A DNA stretch of 41,902 bases from NCBI GenBank assembly GCA_023231475.1, contig JALJEE010001086.1:1-41902 (forward strand), written 5' to 3'. The notes under the pieces are model-generated. The model worked only from the letters and a program-made list of their open reading frames with translations, made no database searches and had not been told where the DNA came from. Of this stretch, positions 1 through 11,836 are shown one piece after another; within the stretch, counting starts at the first letter, position 1; every line of letters starts with the position of its first letter. The translations under genes were made by a program, and so were the position numbers. This stretch comes from Seison nebaliae (taxonomy: Eukaryota).

Positions 1-408
1 ACCACAACAACTACGACAACCACAACAACTACGACAACCACAACAACTACGACAACCACAACAACTACGACAACTACGACAACTACGACAACCACAACGA
101 CTACGACAACTACGACAACTACGACAACCACTACAACAACAACTACGACAACTACCACAACTACGACAACTACGACAACAACTACTACAACCACAACAAC
201 TACAACAACTACGACAACTACGACAACTAAGACTACAACTACTACAACTACTACAACAACTACAACTACTACTACAACTACGACTACAACTACGACTACA
301 ACTACAACAACTACAACTACGACTACAACTACTACTACTACAACAACTACGACAACCACAACAACTACGACTACAACTACGACAACTACGACAACTACGA
401 CAACTACG

Positions 409-445
<37 letters not shown>

Positions 446-507
446 CTACAACAACTACAACAACAACAACAACTACAACAACAACGACAACATCGACGAC
501 GACAACT
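1..507 (+). repeat. Coding (ACN)n low-complexity repeat giving an almost pure poly-Thr tract
   Basis: ACA/ACT/ACG/ACC triplets in frame 1 with 18-21 nt higher-order units. A separate 24-nt TTEVTTDT repeat lies at about 690-815. Confidence 0.95.
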
Positions 508-2110
508 CCCATTATTATTAAAACCTCAACAATTACAACTACAAGTACAGATGTAACTTCAGAAGATACATCCGTAATAACTTCAGAAGCCACAAAAGGA
601 ATAACATCGGATGATCCTACCGAGGTAACTTCTGTTACTTTAGATGTATCTTCAGAGGTTTCTACAAATGACATTTCCGATGTCACCTCAGAAGTAACAA
701 CAGATACTACTACAGAAATAACAACAGATACTACTACAGAAGTAAAAACAGATACTACTACAGAAGTAACAACAGATACTGTTACAGAAGTAACAACAGA
801 TACTGGTACAGAAGTAATTTCCGAGTCAATTACAGAAGTAACTTCCGCTATAACTATAGAAAAGTTTATTTATTTGTATAAATTGATTGACTGTGTAATT
901 TTTAATTGAAAATAGTGAGACCACTGATATTACAGACACAATTGAAAGTACCATTGAAGAGACAACTGCTCAGTCACTGCCAACAACTGAAATAACAGAA
1001 ATAATCACAACTACAAATGACGTAAATAAATGTAATTTATTCATTATAAATCGACCACGAGATATTATTATTGATGATGAACGGTCATGCTTTAATGATC
1101 GATTGGAATTGACTAAGTCTTGTTTGATTCAGTGTCCGGATGGATATGTGCAAATATCTACGGACGAAACATTTAATTGTAACAACAATAGACAAGAGAT
1201 TAATTTCAATAACTATTGCGCTGAGGAATCGGAAATAATAGACTTGACAAATTCATTCTTTATTCCATCTGTTCTACAATTCCAATTCGTCGTAGTCATA
1301 ACTCGATCTCCTGCAATTCGAACTGAATTTTGTAACGATTTTTATCAAACCGTGAATAATAATTTATATAATCAATTAAATTCGGTGAAGACAATCGAGA
1401 GACAAAATATAAATGTCTCAATTTCAGATGAAGTCAAATGTCAATTACAAATTTCATTTAAAGTGAATGAAAGATGTGATCCGGAAGAACGAGAGAATTT
1501 ATTAGGGATTGACAATCATCTTAAAAATATTACTGATATTCCAATTGTTGTTAACATTGAATCGGAAGAAAGTTGAATTTTTTTTAAAAAATTTTTGAGA
1601 ATTTCAAAAAAATTGTTTTCTCTTAATTTTTAGTGTTGGGTGATTGTCATGTGAAGAATGTGGACGATCTTGTATTTGACAAACTAACGGGATTATGTGA
1701 ATCTTTATGTAAAATTTCGACAACATGTAATTCTCCCGATGCACGTTGTCATCACGATCGTACAACAAGAAAGATTCGTTGCGAGTTATTCGTTTCTTTA
1801 TTGATTTCCTTCAAATTTTATTTATAGTTGTACGAAAGTTTCTATAATAAAGAATCCGTTCAAAAATTATGTGTTAGGAGATCGCTGTGAAATAAAAGGC
1901 ACTAAATTGAACAGTCTAAATATTTCGCTGACTACCGTAATTCCTATAGCATTCTGTCTAATAGCACTAATATTAATTCTTGTCGTTCGATGGAGGAAAA
2001 ACCATTCAGAAATGGCGAATCATGACATTATGAGCAGAAGCTCATTTCCGTCTAATAATTCATTAGAAACAAAAATTAAATTGTATACACCACAGCCGGA
2101 TTATGAATAA
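1..2110 (+). CDS. 5'-truncated mucin-like type I membrane protein (poly-Thr stalk, Cys-containing SEA-like/EGF-like region, TM helix, short tail)
   Basis: Open ACN-codon frame from base 1. Introns 864-915, 1572-1633 and 1785-1827 (all GTT...AG) join it in frame to ORFs 1103, 1633 and 1871. TM segment TTVIPIAFCLIALILILVV is followed by RWRK. Stop at 2108-2110. Confidence 0.7.
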
Positions 2111-2687
2111 GTTTTATGATACAAACAAAAACAGATTTTTTCGGAAAGAAAAACATTTTTTATATGGCATCGCCCAGGTCATTGGATGTCGCTTCCATCC
2201 CCAAAAAACGAGATTGAATTATATTTTTGTTAATAATATTTCTTCTTTTCCTTACAATTTCAAATAAACAAATGATTATCTCATTAGGAATGATATGAAT
2301 ATTATTATTATGTCGTTAAATAATATGTAAGTTCTTTTCTAATAAACTACATCTGGTTAATTGTCATACAAAAAGTTTCATGCTCATTGAGCATTCCTTA
2401 TTATACTTCTTTATTTATTTAATGACATCCGTTATTCTACTCTTAATAGTGGAACATCAACAATGACAATTCTTCCATAAGACATAGAAGAATCATTCTT
2501 ATAATAAACTATTGTAAACTGGAAATAATTCTCCCAAATTCTCTTCCTCTAACGACATAGGAAATATAAAAGAACTATATATGAAGGACATCTCTTTATT
2601 TATTCCGTGATGTTAAATTAGAAGAAACTTTTTCTCTTCACGTTACATAATTAAGTGTCATTTGGAAATTTGGTAGTAGGTGGAAAA

Positions 2688-4421
2688 ATGAAATGGCAAA
2701 AACGATTATACAGTTTCATCAAAATATTCGGTCCCGCTTATTTTCTCGCTACTGCATATATCGATCCGGGAAATTTGGAGGCCGATTTAGTCGTCGCCAC
2801 CGTCACGAAATATAAAGTAGAAATTTTAATTAAAATTTTGAAACATTTTTGAAAAAATGAAAATTGCAGTTCTTATGGCTCTTATTAATATCGATCTGTA
2901 GCTCATTCTTCATTCAACATCTCACACTTAAACTATCTTTGATTAGCGGACGATGTTTGGGAGAATTATGTCGGATCGAATATGAAAAACAGACATCGAT
3001 GACAATTTGGATTGTCATCGAATTGTTAATTAGATTAACGGAAATACAATTAGTCTGCGGAATAACAATTGCAATTCATTCGATGAGTAACGGATCGTTA
3101 ATATTTGCTAATATGGTTGTGAATATTTTTGATATTTTTATTTAAAGATTACCATCAATATGGTCAGTAATCATTGCGAATTTGGTGGTAGTCGGTTTAT
3201 TCATCGTCCAAAAATATTTGATATTAGGAATAGAAATTATTTGTGGAATTATTATTTGTTCGTTATCAATCGTCTTGATTTATATGGTTAAATTCTAAGA
3301 AATTATTTTAAATAATTTCTTTAATTAATTGTAATTATTTAATTAATTTTCTCATTATCAGTATAGTAGTATTAATCCACCACAAACGGAGATATTGAAA
3401 GGATTGTTTATTCCATGGTTCGAAATTGACAAGGCCGAATTGGCAAACGGACTAATCGGATCCATCATAATCCCACATACATTATTCATTTATTCTGGAA
3501 TAAGTGCTTCTCTTAACGACGAATATATCATAATGAAAGAGAACATTACGTCAACAATGACAAAACATAATATCCAATCGATTATTATCATCATTATAGT
3601 TCTATGTTGGAATATCTTCATTTTCACTACATTCGCTCAAGCTGTTCCTGATAATACTGTCACTCTATTTGATGCCGTTAGTATTTCATGGAAATTTTAT
3701 CATATGTGATTTTCCCCACAGACAAAAGCCATAGGAGCCACCTATGGGGATCATATTCAGATGTTCTGGTTGGTAGGATTATTCTTTTGTGGGATTGGTA
3801 GTATCATCACATTATCGAATGCACATATCCATATCACTGCTGCCTTTTCCGGTGTTTCCATCAATTATTGGAAATATTTAATTCCAACCAAATTCATCAC
3901 ATTCATTCTCACCATATTAATCGTTTCACAAAACATCGAAAAATTAGATACGGTAATCATTTGGATAAACATTTTACAAGCATTTTGCATTCCATTTGTG
4001 GCCTATCCGTTACTACATTTCGTTCGTTCTAGACGGATTATGGGATCATATGTCGTTTCGAAGTTTCTAGATTATTAACTCGAATTTGATTTCTCATTGA
4101 ATTTAAGGTTTGTGATTGTAATCGGTTGGATAATATGTATCAGTTCATTAATATGTAATTTGATCGAATATATCATGTTTATGGTTAATTTCTGTCTTTG
4201 AATTAATTGCTGAAAAAAAGTTGTCAAATTCTTTTTAGTTAAATCAAAATTCGAAGTGGATCTTGACAATTTGTGTTTTATTTTTATTTCCTTACACTCT
4301 ATTCATCGGAAGATTGGTTAGAATTTCTTTTCAAAATTTTTATTGGTAAATTTCATTCTAACGATTACAGATAATTGGAAATAAGAATTATTATAATTTA
4401 AAAGTTAATTTTTTAATATAA
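2688..4421 (+). CDS. Divergent Nramp/SLC11 metal transporter
   Basis: GPAYFLATAYIDPGNLEAD (TM1 DPGN), LWLLL, GSIIIPH (TM6), FWLVGLFFCG and RRIMGSY motifs. Introns 2817-2869, 3097-3147, 3287-3361, 3677-3721, 4063-4107, 4184-4238 and 4317-4370 keep the frame. Start and last exon are less certain. Confidence 0.9.
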
Positions 4422-4581
4422 TATTAATAATTTGGTTTTGATGATAGAGAAAATTTTATTATATTATTCGACATGATACTAATTCAATTGATTCGTTCCA
4501 ACGACAAAAATCAGAATATTTCGATGAATTCTATACCCAAAATTTAATTAACGATGGTTCGTTTTTCATATTCGTCATTTT

Positions 4582-6303
4582 CTATTCACTTGCCGTTGTC
4601 TCTTCGGGGTCGCCTGTAGATTTTTCTACTGCCGCTGATGCTTCCTCATTAGATGGAGATGATTCTTCTCCGGGAGAACTTTCGGGACTTTCAGAAGTTG
4701 GGACTCCTGCCGATGATTCTGGTCCACCTGATGATTCCGGTCCTGGAGATGAATCCGGCCCTCCAGATGATTCGGCTCCTGGTGATGAATCCGGCCCTCC
4801 AGATGATTCGGCTCCTGGTGATGATTCTGAGCCAGGTGATGAATCAGGTCCGCCAGAAGATTCTGCTCCAGGTGAAGAATCTGGTCCATCTGACGATTCT
4901 GGACCGGTAGAACTCTCACCAGCAGCTGTGGATGAATCTGGTCCTGGTGAAGAGTCTAATCCTACACTAGATCCTTCAGCAGGTGAACTATCAAGAGCAC
5001 CGCTTGTCATTCCTGATGATTGTTGATCGTCAGTTGATTCAGCTGATAAGGTAACATCAGTGGGTCCGGTTCCTTCCGAACCCATATTACTACCAATTGT
5101 TGTAAAGATACCTTCGTCTAAAACCATACCATAAGGTAAAGTGAATGTGTAACCAGGTGGCATCGTACGACCACCAGGTAATGTAAACCATTGAGGAAGT
5201 GTGTACACCTTCGGTGTTGTTGTAGTAACGAAGAAGTTGGGAGGTAAAGTACCTCCATTTGGTAAGGTGAATATATAACCTGGTGGCATTGTACGATTTC
5301 CGGGTAAAGTAAACCATGGTGGTAATGTATAATAAGGAATTGTTGGAGTTGTTTCAAATATTCTTGGATCCATCGTTTGACCTGGTGGTAGTCTAAAAGT
5401 AAAACCAGGAGGTAATGTTCGTCCTCCAGATAGTGTAAACCAAGAAGGCAAAGTATAAACTCCAATATTTGGTTGGGTGACTAAATTGGCTGGATTTGGT
5501 AATTCCAAATTCGGCAATCCCGGTAACATATTTTCAATAACTAGTGGCCCTCCTGGAAACCTGGTGTACATTCTATTAATCGCAGTAGTTCCTCCAATGA
5601 CTGGAGGTTTGACGTAATCAAACAATGAGAATGGTTTAGCTGTAGTACCGTAAGGAAGGGCATTTGGTATTAATTTAATTGTAGTTTTCTGTGCTTGAAG
5701 ACCTGGTATGTTCAATGATTTACCTGCACACGCATATCTGACCTTTTAATAAAATTAATTTTCATTTTCTATCGAATAAAATAAACATTTATTGAATGTC
5801 TTCCTCCATTTGATGATTTACTTACAATAATCGCTCTACCTGAAGGATAGAAAAGTGTATTAGGTGATGGTTTCACATTGTCCTTACAAAATCTGGCTGG
5901 TATCGGACTATCTATCGTCACGATAGTTATTCCGTCTCCAATCGAACAACTTCCTGTTTGGAAACTTTGAACTTGGAGATATAATGACTAAATTTAAAAA
6001 TTAATCATTCAAATTGATATGAAACGAAAATGAATGAACCATCGGCAAGTTTGTTTTAGGATTAATTGGACATTCGATAGTTCGTCGACATACGTAAGGT
6101 AATTGATCATTTGGTATTTGAAGAGTATCTTCGATTTTACCAGCTTGTTCTCTCAACACCGATTGACATGGTATGGAATGATAGAGTCGTTTTATTCTTT
6201 TACCGAATAACGATTTGAAAAGAGAGAACGAATTTGATGAATCGATTAAATTCGTAATAATTAAAAAATTTATCAATAATATTATTTCATATTTCACTAA
6301 CAT
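4582..6303 (-). CDS. Secreted protein A: signal peptide, KRIKR site, divergent CUB-like domain, three 42-aa xTLPxG repeats, acidic Ser/Gly/Pro tail
   Basis: Exons 6303-6040, 5987-5787 and 5742-4582 (introns GTTCAT..TAG, GTTTAT..AAG). Cys pattern and intron positions align with paralogues B-D. Confidence 0.75.
4722..4960 (-). repeat. Coding 18/36-nt tandem repeat (PDSSPGAESSGG-type)
   Basis: Exact 36-nt tandem duplication at 4748-4783/4784-4819, with degenerate copies on both sides. Confidence 0.9.
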
Positions 6304-6503
6304 TTTCTGATAAATTTTCTAAATCTCCTATAAATGAATAACATCATTCTCTTTTGTAAAGGAATTTCACTTCTTTGTTTGCATCAGATTTATCATCTAA
6401 AATTTAGAAGTCTTTTTCTTCTGGACTTTTAATAAACTTGCTAAAATATTCATTAGCAAATTTATAAGTTTTTTTTTTTCGATAAATAATCGACAAGAAA
6501 AGA

Positions 6504-7594
6504 ATGAAATTGTCATTATACTCTCTCCTTTTTCTTTCGTTTGTCGCGTCCACTTTCATGGATGTGATCGACAATTCTGAAGTGAATAACATCGAACAAT
6601 TCACAAAATTATTCTCCTCTAAATTCCACATAAAAGACACGATAAAAATGTTTGAGGATATCAAACAATATCAGTTACGTGCAAGTGGAACTGATAATAT
6701 TATTGTGCCATTTTGTCAGAAGATGTTGAACAATGAAGCTGGCATTATTTATACGAGTATTACGATTAATCAATATAATCGTCCATTCACTTGTACACGT
6801 ACCATTGATTGTCCAATCGTCAATAATAGGAAAATGGTTTTGTTGGATATATCAAAAACTTTTCTTTAATTTTCAATTTTAGCATCTTTATGTGTTTCTC
6901 AAAGAATTATCCAATGTGAATTGTAAGATGAATGATAGAGTGATTATCAGATCACCGAATAATGAACAACCGGCGAAATATTGTTCGGATGATGTTCCGA
7001 TTTATCCAAGAATTATGTTATTCTTAAATGGTCAAGCTGAATTGGAATTTAATACAGATAATCTCGGATTCAAACAAGCTCAAGTTAAATAAGAAATAAA
7101 TAATAATTTTAATTGAAAATGTCTTTTATAAATAAATATTCTCTCTCTCATTTTTTTGATAGTTGAGATATGCTTGTTCTGGACATACGATCGATGGAAT
7201 TACTGTTCCGCCATTATCCCAACCAGTCTCCATGAGTTTAATGAAAAGAACAACGTTATTAACGAGAAGTATATCAACTACTTCAACATCTTCGACAACA
7301 ACAGCACCACATCGTTTCTTCACTAATTTCATGAATGGACCACTGATTGTTGATGTGAATATACCGACATTCCCTAATGTTGACATTGGACATCCCCAAT
7401 CAGTGAAAGGAAGACAACGTGATGATAACAATCAAGGGAATAAATTTGGAATTAAAAATTTGCAACATGAACGAACAACAATCCGATGGACGACGAAAAC
7501 AATGAATAAAAACATAAAATTCCTATTTAAAACTCGTCGTTCTTCCACTCAACTCCCATTAGGTGTCACCTTTCCAAATTTCATTTTGAATTAA
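6504..7594 (+). CDS. Secreted protein B: signal peptide, divergent CUB-like domain, Thr-rich tail
   Basis: Exons 6504-6836, 6883-7083 and 7163-7594. PFCQ...PFTCTRTIDCP...C...YC...GQAEL...RYAC aligns with A, C and D. Confidence 0.75.
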
Positions 7595-7604
7595 TTCTAT
7601 TAAA

Positions 7605-8485
7605 ATGAAAATTGTCATTTCTTTATTACTTCTTCTCTCACTCACTAAATGTGCGTTAGTACGAAAACGTCGAGCTGTCCTCAATGTAACACCGTTTTGT
7701 CAAACACCTCCATTGACTGATGGATTAGGTGAAATAAAAACGGAAATTACAATTGATCAAACCAATAATCCATTTTATTGTCGTCGTGATATTGTTTGTC
7801 CGACTGATGCCACTACATTCCGTCCACAAGTTCTCCATAAAATTTCAATAAAAATTTATAAAAACACATTTCTTCTCTCAGGGACTACAAGTTCGAGTGG
7901 ATCGATTTCAAGCTAATCCTTGTGCTACGAATGATCGATTGGAATTTTTGTCATTCTCTTACGGAAAACAACAATTTTGTGTTGGTGGTAATATGCCGAC
8001 ACAAATCTACACATTTCCTGAAGGAAGATTATCAATCATCTTTCGTGCATATTCCAATGGAGATAAATTCGCTAATGTTAAACTATATTTTAAATAGAAA
8101 ATATTTGAATTTTAACTCAAAATATTTAAATCAATTTTTGAAATAGATTCAATATATTTGTGCACCGATGCAATCGCCAGTGACCGATTCCGTTCCTCAA
8201 ACAGAGAATACACCACCTACAATTGGAATTAATCCGACATATACCGTGCCCAGTTGGTTTACCAATCAGAACGGATTGACATTCCCTCCAGGATTCACAT
8301 TTACTATGGCACCTGGACAAGTGTATAATCCGAATCTTTTTACGACAGCCGCTTTCGATTGTGTTCGAGATAAATGTCACGGAAATGCCGATCGATGTGT
8401 CAAAACAGATTTCGGAGAAGATATTTGTTTATGTTCTCTCGGATGGTATGGATACGACTGTACTTTAACTTCCCCACAAACTTAA
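7605..8485 (+). CDS. Secreted protein C: signal peptide, RKRR site, divergent CUB-like domain, one xTLPxG-type repeat, C-terminal EGF domain
   Basis: Exons 7605-7829, 7882-8076 and 8147-8485. EGF pattern CVRDKCHGNADRC...CLCSLGWYGYDC. Confidence 0.8.
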
Positions 8486-8627
8486 ATGGAAAAATTTCTT
8501 CTCTCTCGATCATTCACATCGATCATATTATATATCAATTTGACATTTTCTAATAATAAAAATCTATAAAATTCCTATCATCATTTCCATCATCATTCTT
8601 TTATGTTCACTCTCATTCATCTCAATC

Positions 8628-9566
8628 ATGATTCTTCCAAAAATCGTTTCATTCAATTATTTAATCCTTCTCATTAATATCATTAATTGTTCATTACTTC
8701 TTCATAATAATAACGATATCGATTGTAACGATAATTGTTCATCACAACAATTATTGAAAAAAGATAAATTATTACAAAGTCTTCTAATGAGATTGTCAGG
8801 AGGAATAGGAAGATTAAATCAACTTCCTCCTCATCAAATGATCGAGCCAAAATGCAATACGTTAACTATCAACGAATTAGAAGGAGATATTAAATTCCGT
8901 TTGGAAATTAATCAATTCAATTCACCATTTCATTGTAAACGTCTTTTTCAATGTCCCCCATCAAAACAGAATCATCATAAATTACAACAATTAATTCTAA
9001 TAATTCCTCCTATGGAAATCGAATGTCAATCCAAACTCGATTGGCAACTTCTTCTTGTCACACCTGATTCAGATATATCATTCAAATTTTGTCCTTCAAC
9101 TTTATTATTAGCGGATAATATTCGATTATATTTCCCATCAGGACGTGCCGCTGTCACATACCAATTATCATCAAACGGATTTTTAGATAATCATGTTAAA
9201 TTTTCTCATTATTATCATTCTTAATTATCGATGAATTTTTAGTTCAAATTCGAATGTGAAGAACCGATAGAGAAAACGAACGAAGGAATGGGAAGAAATG
9301 AAATAATTAAATTAATTTCATCAAAAATTAAATCACCTTCACTCACAACCACTCTAAAACCATCAACTACAACTCTCTCTAAAATTATTCAAACCACAAA
9401 AATACCAATAAAATATCATTATCAAACACAATTCATCCGTTCACATTGTTCACCATATCCATGTCTTAATAACGCGGATGGATGTATCAATCTTTCAAAC
9501 ACATTTATCTGTCTCTGTAATGACGCTTATCGAGGCGAACGATGTGAACTTCTAATTGAGAAATGA
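8628..9566 (+). CDS. Secreted protein D: signal peptide, divergent CUB-like domain, Thr-rich linker, C-terminal EGF domain
   Basis: Exons 8628-9194 and 9243-9566. EGF pattern CSPYPCLNNADGC...CLCNDAYRGERCE. It has the second family intron and lacks the first. Confidence 0.8.
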
Positions 9567-9700
9567 TTTTATTCTCTCATTTTTTTTCTTTTTAATAAAA
9601 TTTCTGTGACGAATTTCCAAAAAACAATTCCATCGAATAAGTGAGAAATATTAATGAACTTTTCAATTTTAACGAACAAAATTAGAAATAAAAATTAGAT

Positions 9701-10247
9701 TTATGATTCGGCTGCTTCCTCATTCACATCTTTATCCATATTCACGCTAAAATATTGGAGTTTGTAACTGTACTTCTTCTTAGCGATAACTCTCAACCAA
9801 TCTCTCAAATTACTTCTTTTCAAATATTTCTTCGTTAAATATTTCAAATATCTGAAAAAAAAAATTTTTTTGGGAAAAGTTTGAAAATTTCATAAGGAAA
9901 TAAATTTCAAAAATTTAAGAAAAACCTTTTTGACATTTTTCCTTTTGGAGTCACAATTATTTTCATTTCTGATTGATCTGTGGTAACGGTGAATAAATCT
10001 TTATTGTTCAATTTTCCATCCATTTTAATACGTTCGATCAAGAAAGTTTTCTGAGAAAAGAATCTCATCAAATCAATTTTAAAGGAAAACTAACGAAATT
10101 ATCAATAAGAAAGATTCCGTCATCAACTGGTGTTGTACAATCGATCACATATTTCACTACGTGTTTCGAGAGGTGATTCGCTTTCTTCTTCTTATCACCT
10201 GGGACAATCTTAGCTGCTGCCGGTTTCTCCATTTTCACATCTGCCAT
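9701..10247 (-). CDS. RPL22: 60S ribosomal protein L22 (eL22); absent from the ORF track because it is split into three short exons
   Basis: Exons 10247-10095, 10050-9926 and 9851-9701 translate to ...[30 protein letters not shown]...[26 protein letters not shown]...YKLQYF, the eL22 signature. Confidence 0.95.
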
Positions 10248-11836
10248 TGCGTTAGATCTTGAGAAAAAATAGAATCTTTTCCAATAAATATAATAGAAAA
10301 ATTGGAGAAATTATTAGGAATTATACCCTAAAATGAAAGATTCAAAGATTCAAACATTTTGAAGAAAAATTAACAAAATCCTCTTGTTGTTGTTAAACCA
10401 AAATTTTGAATTTAAAAAAAATATATTTTTCCTTTAAAAACTAAATGATTTAACAGACATTTTTTCATGTTGAGAGAATTTAAAGGAACGTTTAATTATT
10501 TACATAATTAATCCACCTATTTAGTTAAAATAGACATAATTAAATATGATGTTATTGTGAGTGAAGAAGTTGGAGTGTATAAGAAAAAGATGTGTCGTAG
10601 TTATGAGATTTTCATTCTCCAATTTTTTTTCTTTTCATTGATCTCATTCTCTTTATTAAAAATTTAATTGAAATTCATCATTAATTTATTGACGTATATT
10701 TCCTTCATCAAGTAGTGTTAGATTATGGGGAAATATTTGAACTTTTTCTGTAGTTATTTTATTTATTTCATATTCAAAACTGATTGGAAAAATTGGATAA
10801 AAATAATTTTATTTCTAATAAATAAGTGGTAAGAGTTGAATAATAATCTCGTAATTTGAAGAGAGTAAGCTAATAATCTTAATAAAAAATTCATACGAAA
10901 GTTTGTGTAATTGAAAGATTATTAAGTGATATTGTTTTCACATTTGTCTATTATCCTTTTGTACATTTATTTTATTATTATTTGTCAATCTCGAATAACA
11001 CAAATAAATTGAAGAGTGTTTGGAAGAGACACGAAGTGATTGGGAGTGATGTGTATGTAGGAGAAAAGAATGAAATGTATAAATAAAAGAAAATTAATGA
11101 CTTGAATGAGAAATGTGATTTATAGATGCATAGCATTCTTTGTGGGACAGAGAACAATTATCAAGTTCATTACATTGGTTGCATGTGAATGCTAAGTTGT
11201 GTGCGTGTGTGTTGTATACATAGAGATTGAATGGTCACGACTGTGTGTAGAGGTGAAGGCATGATAGAGAGAACGCAAGCACAGTTTAATGTGTGAATAA
11301 CAATGCAGAAGATTCCTGTTGTGGCTGACTCTCCCCATTGTTCAAAAAAAGGGAACATAATTTATGTATCCTATTTCCCTCTATCGAATTAGTCGCTCGT
11401 TCCCAAAATATGGGAAATCTCATTTTATGAAATATCTTTTTAAGAGAAGAAATAATACTTTAGTTTACAATCAAATCTCCTCAATCTAATTTCTCAATTA
11501 ATCCCGTTCATTCTATCCTCATCTAATTTATTAGATATTTGGTCAATAATCTTTTTTTATCGAAAAAATATTTTTTATTAATTTTTCAACAAAACTCATG
11601 AAAAATTGATATATATTTTCATATCTGTTCATTATTATTATTATTATTATGTAAATAAAAGAAGAGAGAACATGTGAAAGGAAGAGAAGAGGGTTGTTGA
11701 ATAGAAGAAGGAAAGAGGATTTTTAATGACCAAATTTCCCCCCACTTTTATAGTAGAACAATATTTTTATCTACTTCTTTCATTCTTCATTTCCTCTCAG
11801 AAATTTTTTTTTCATTCGATTTGAAATAGTTAAAAA

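Noticed and set aside
4626..5465. Overlapping ORFs 4626-4919, 4653-4910, 5090-5317 and 5118-5465
   Set aside because: Alternative-frame or antisense shadows of the repetitive coding region of gene A.
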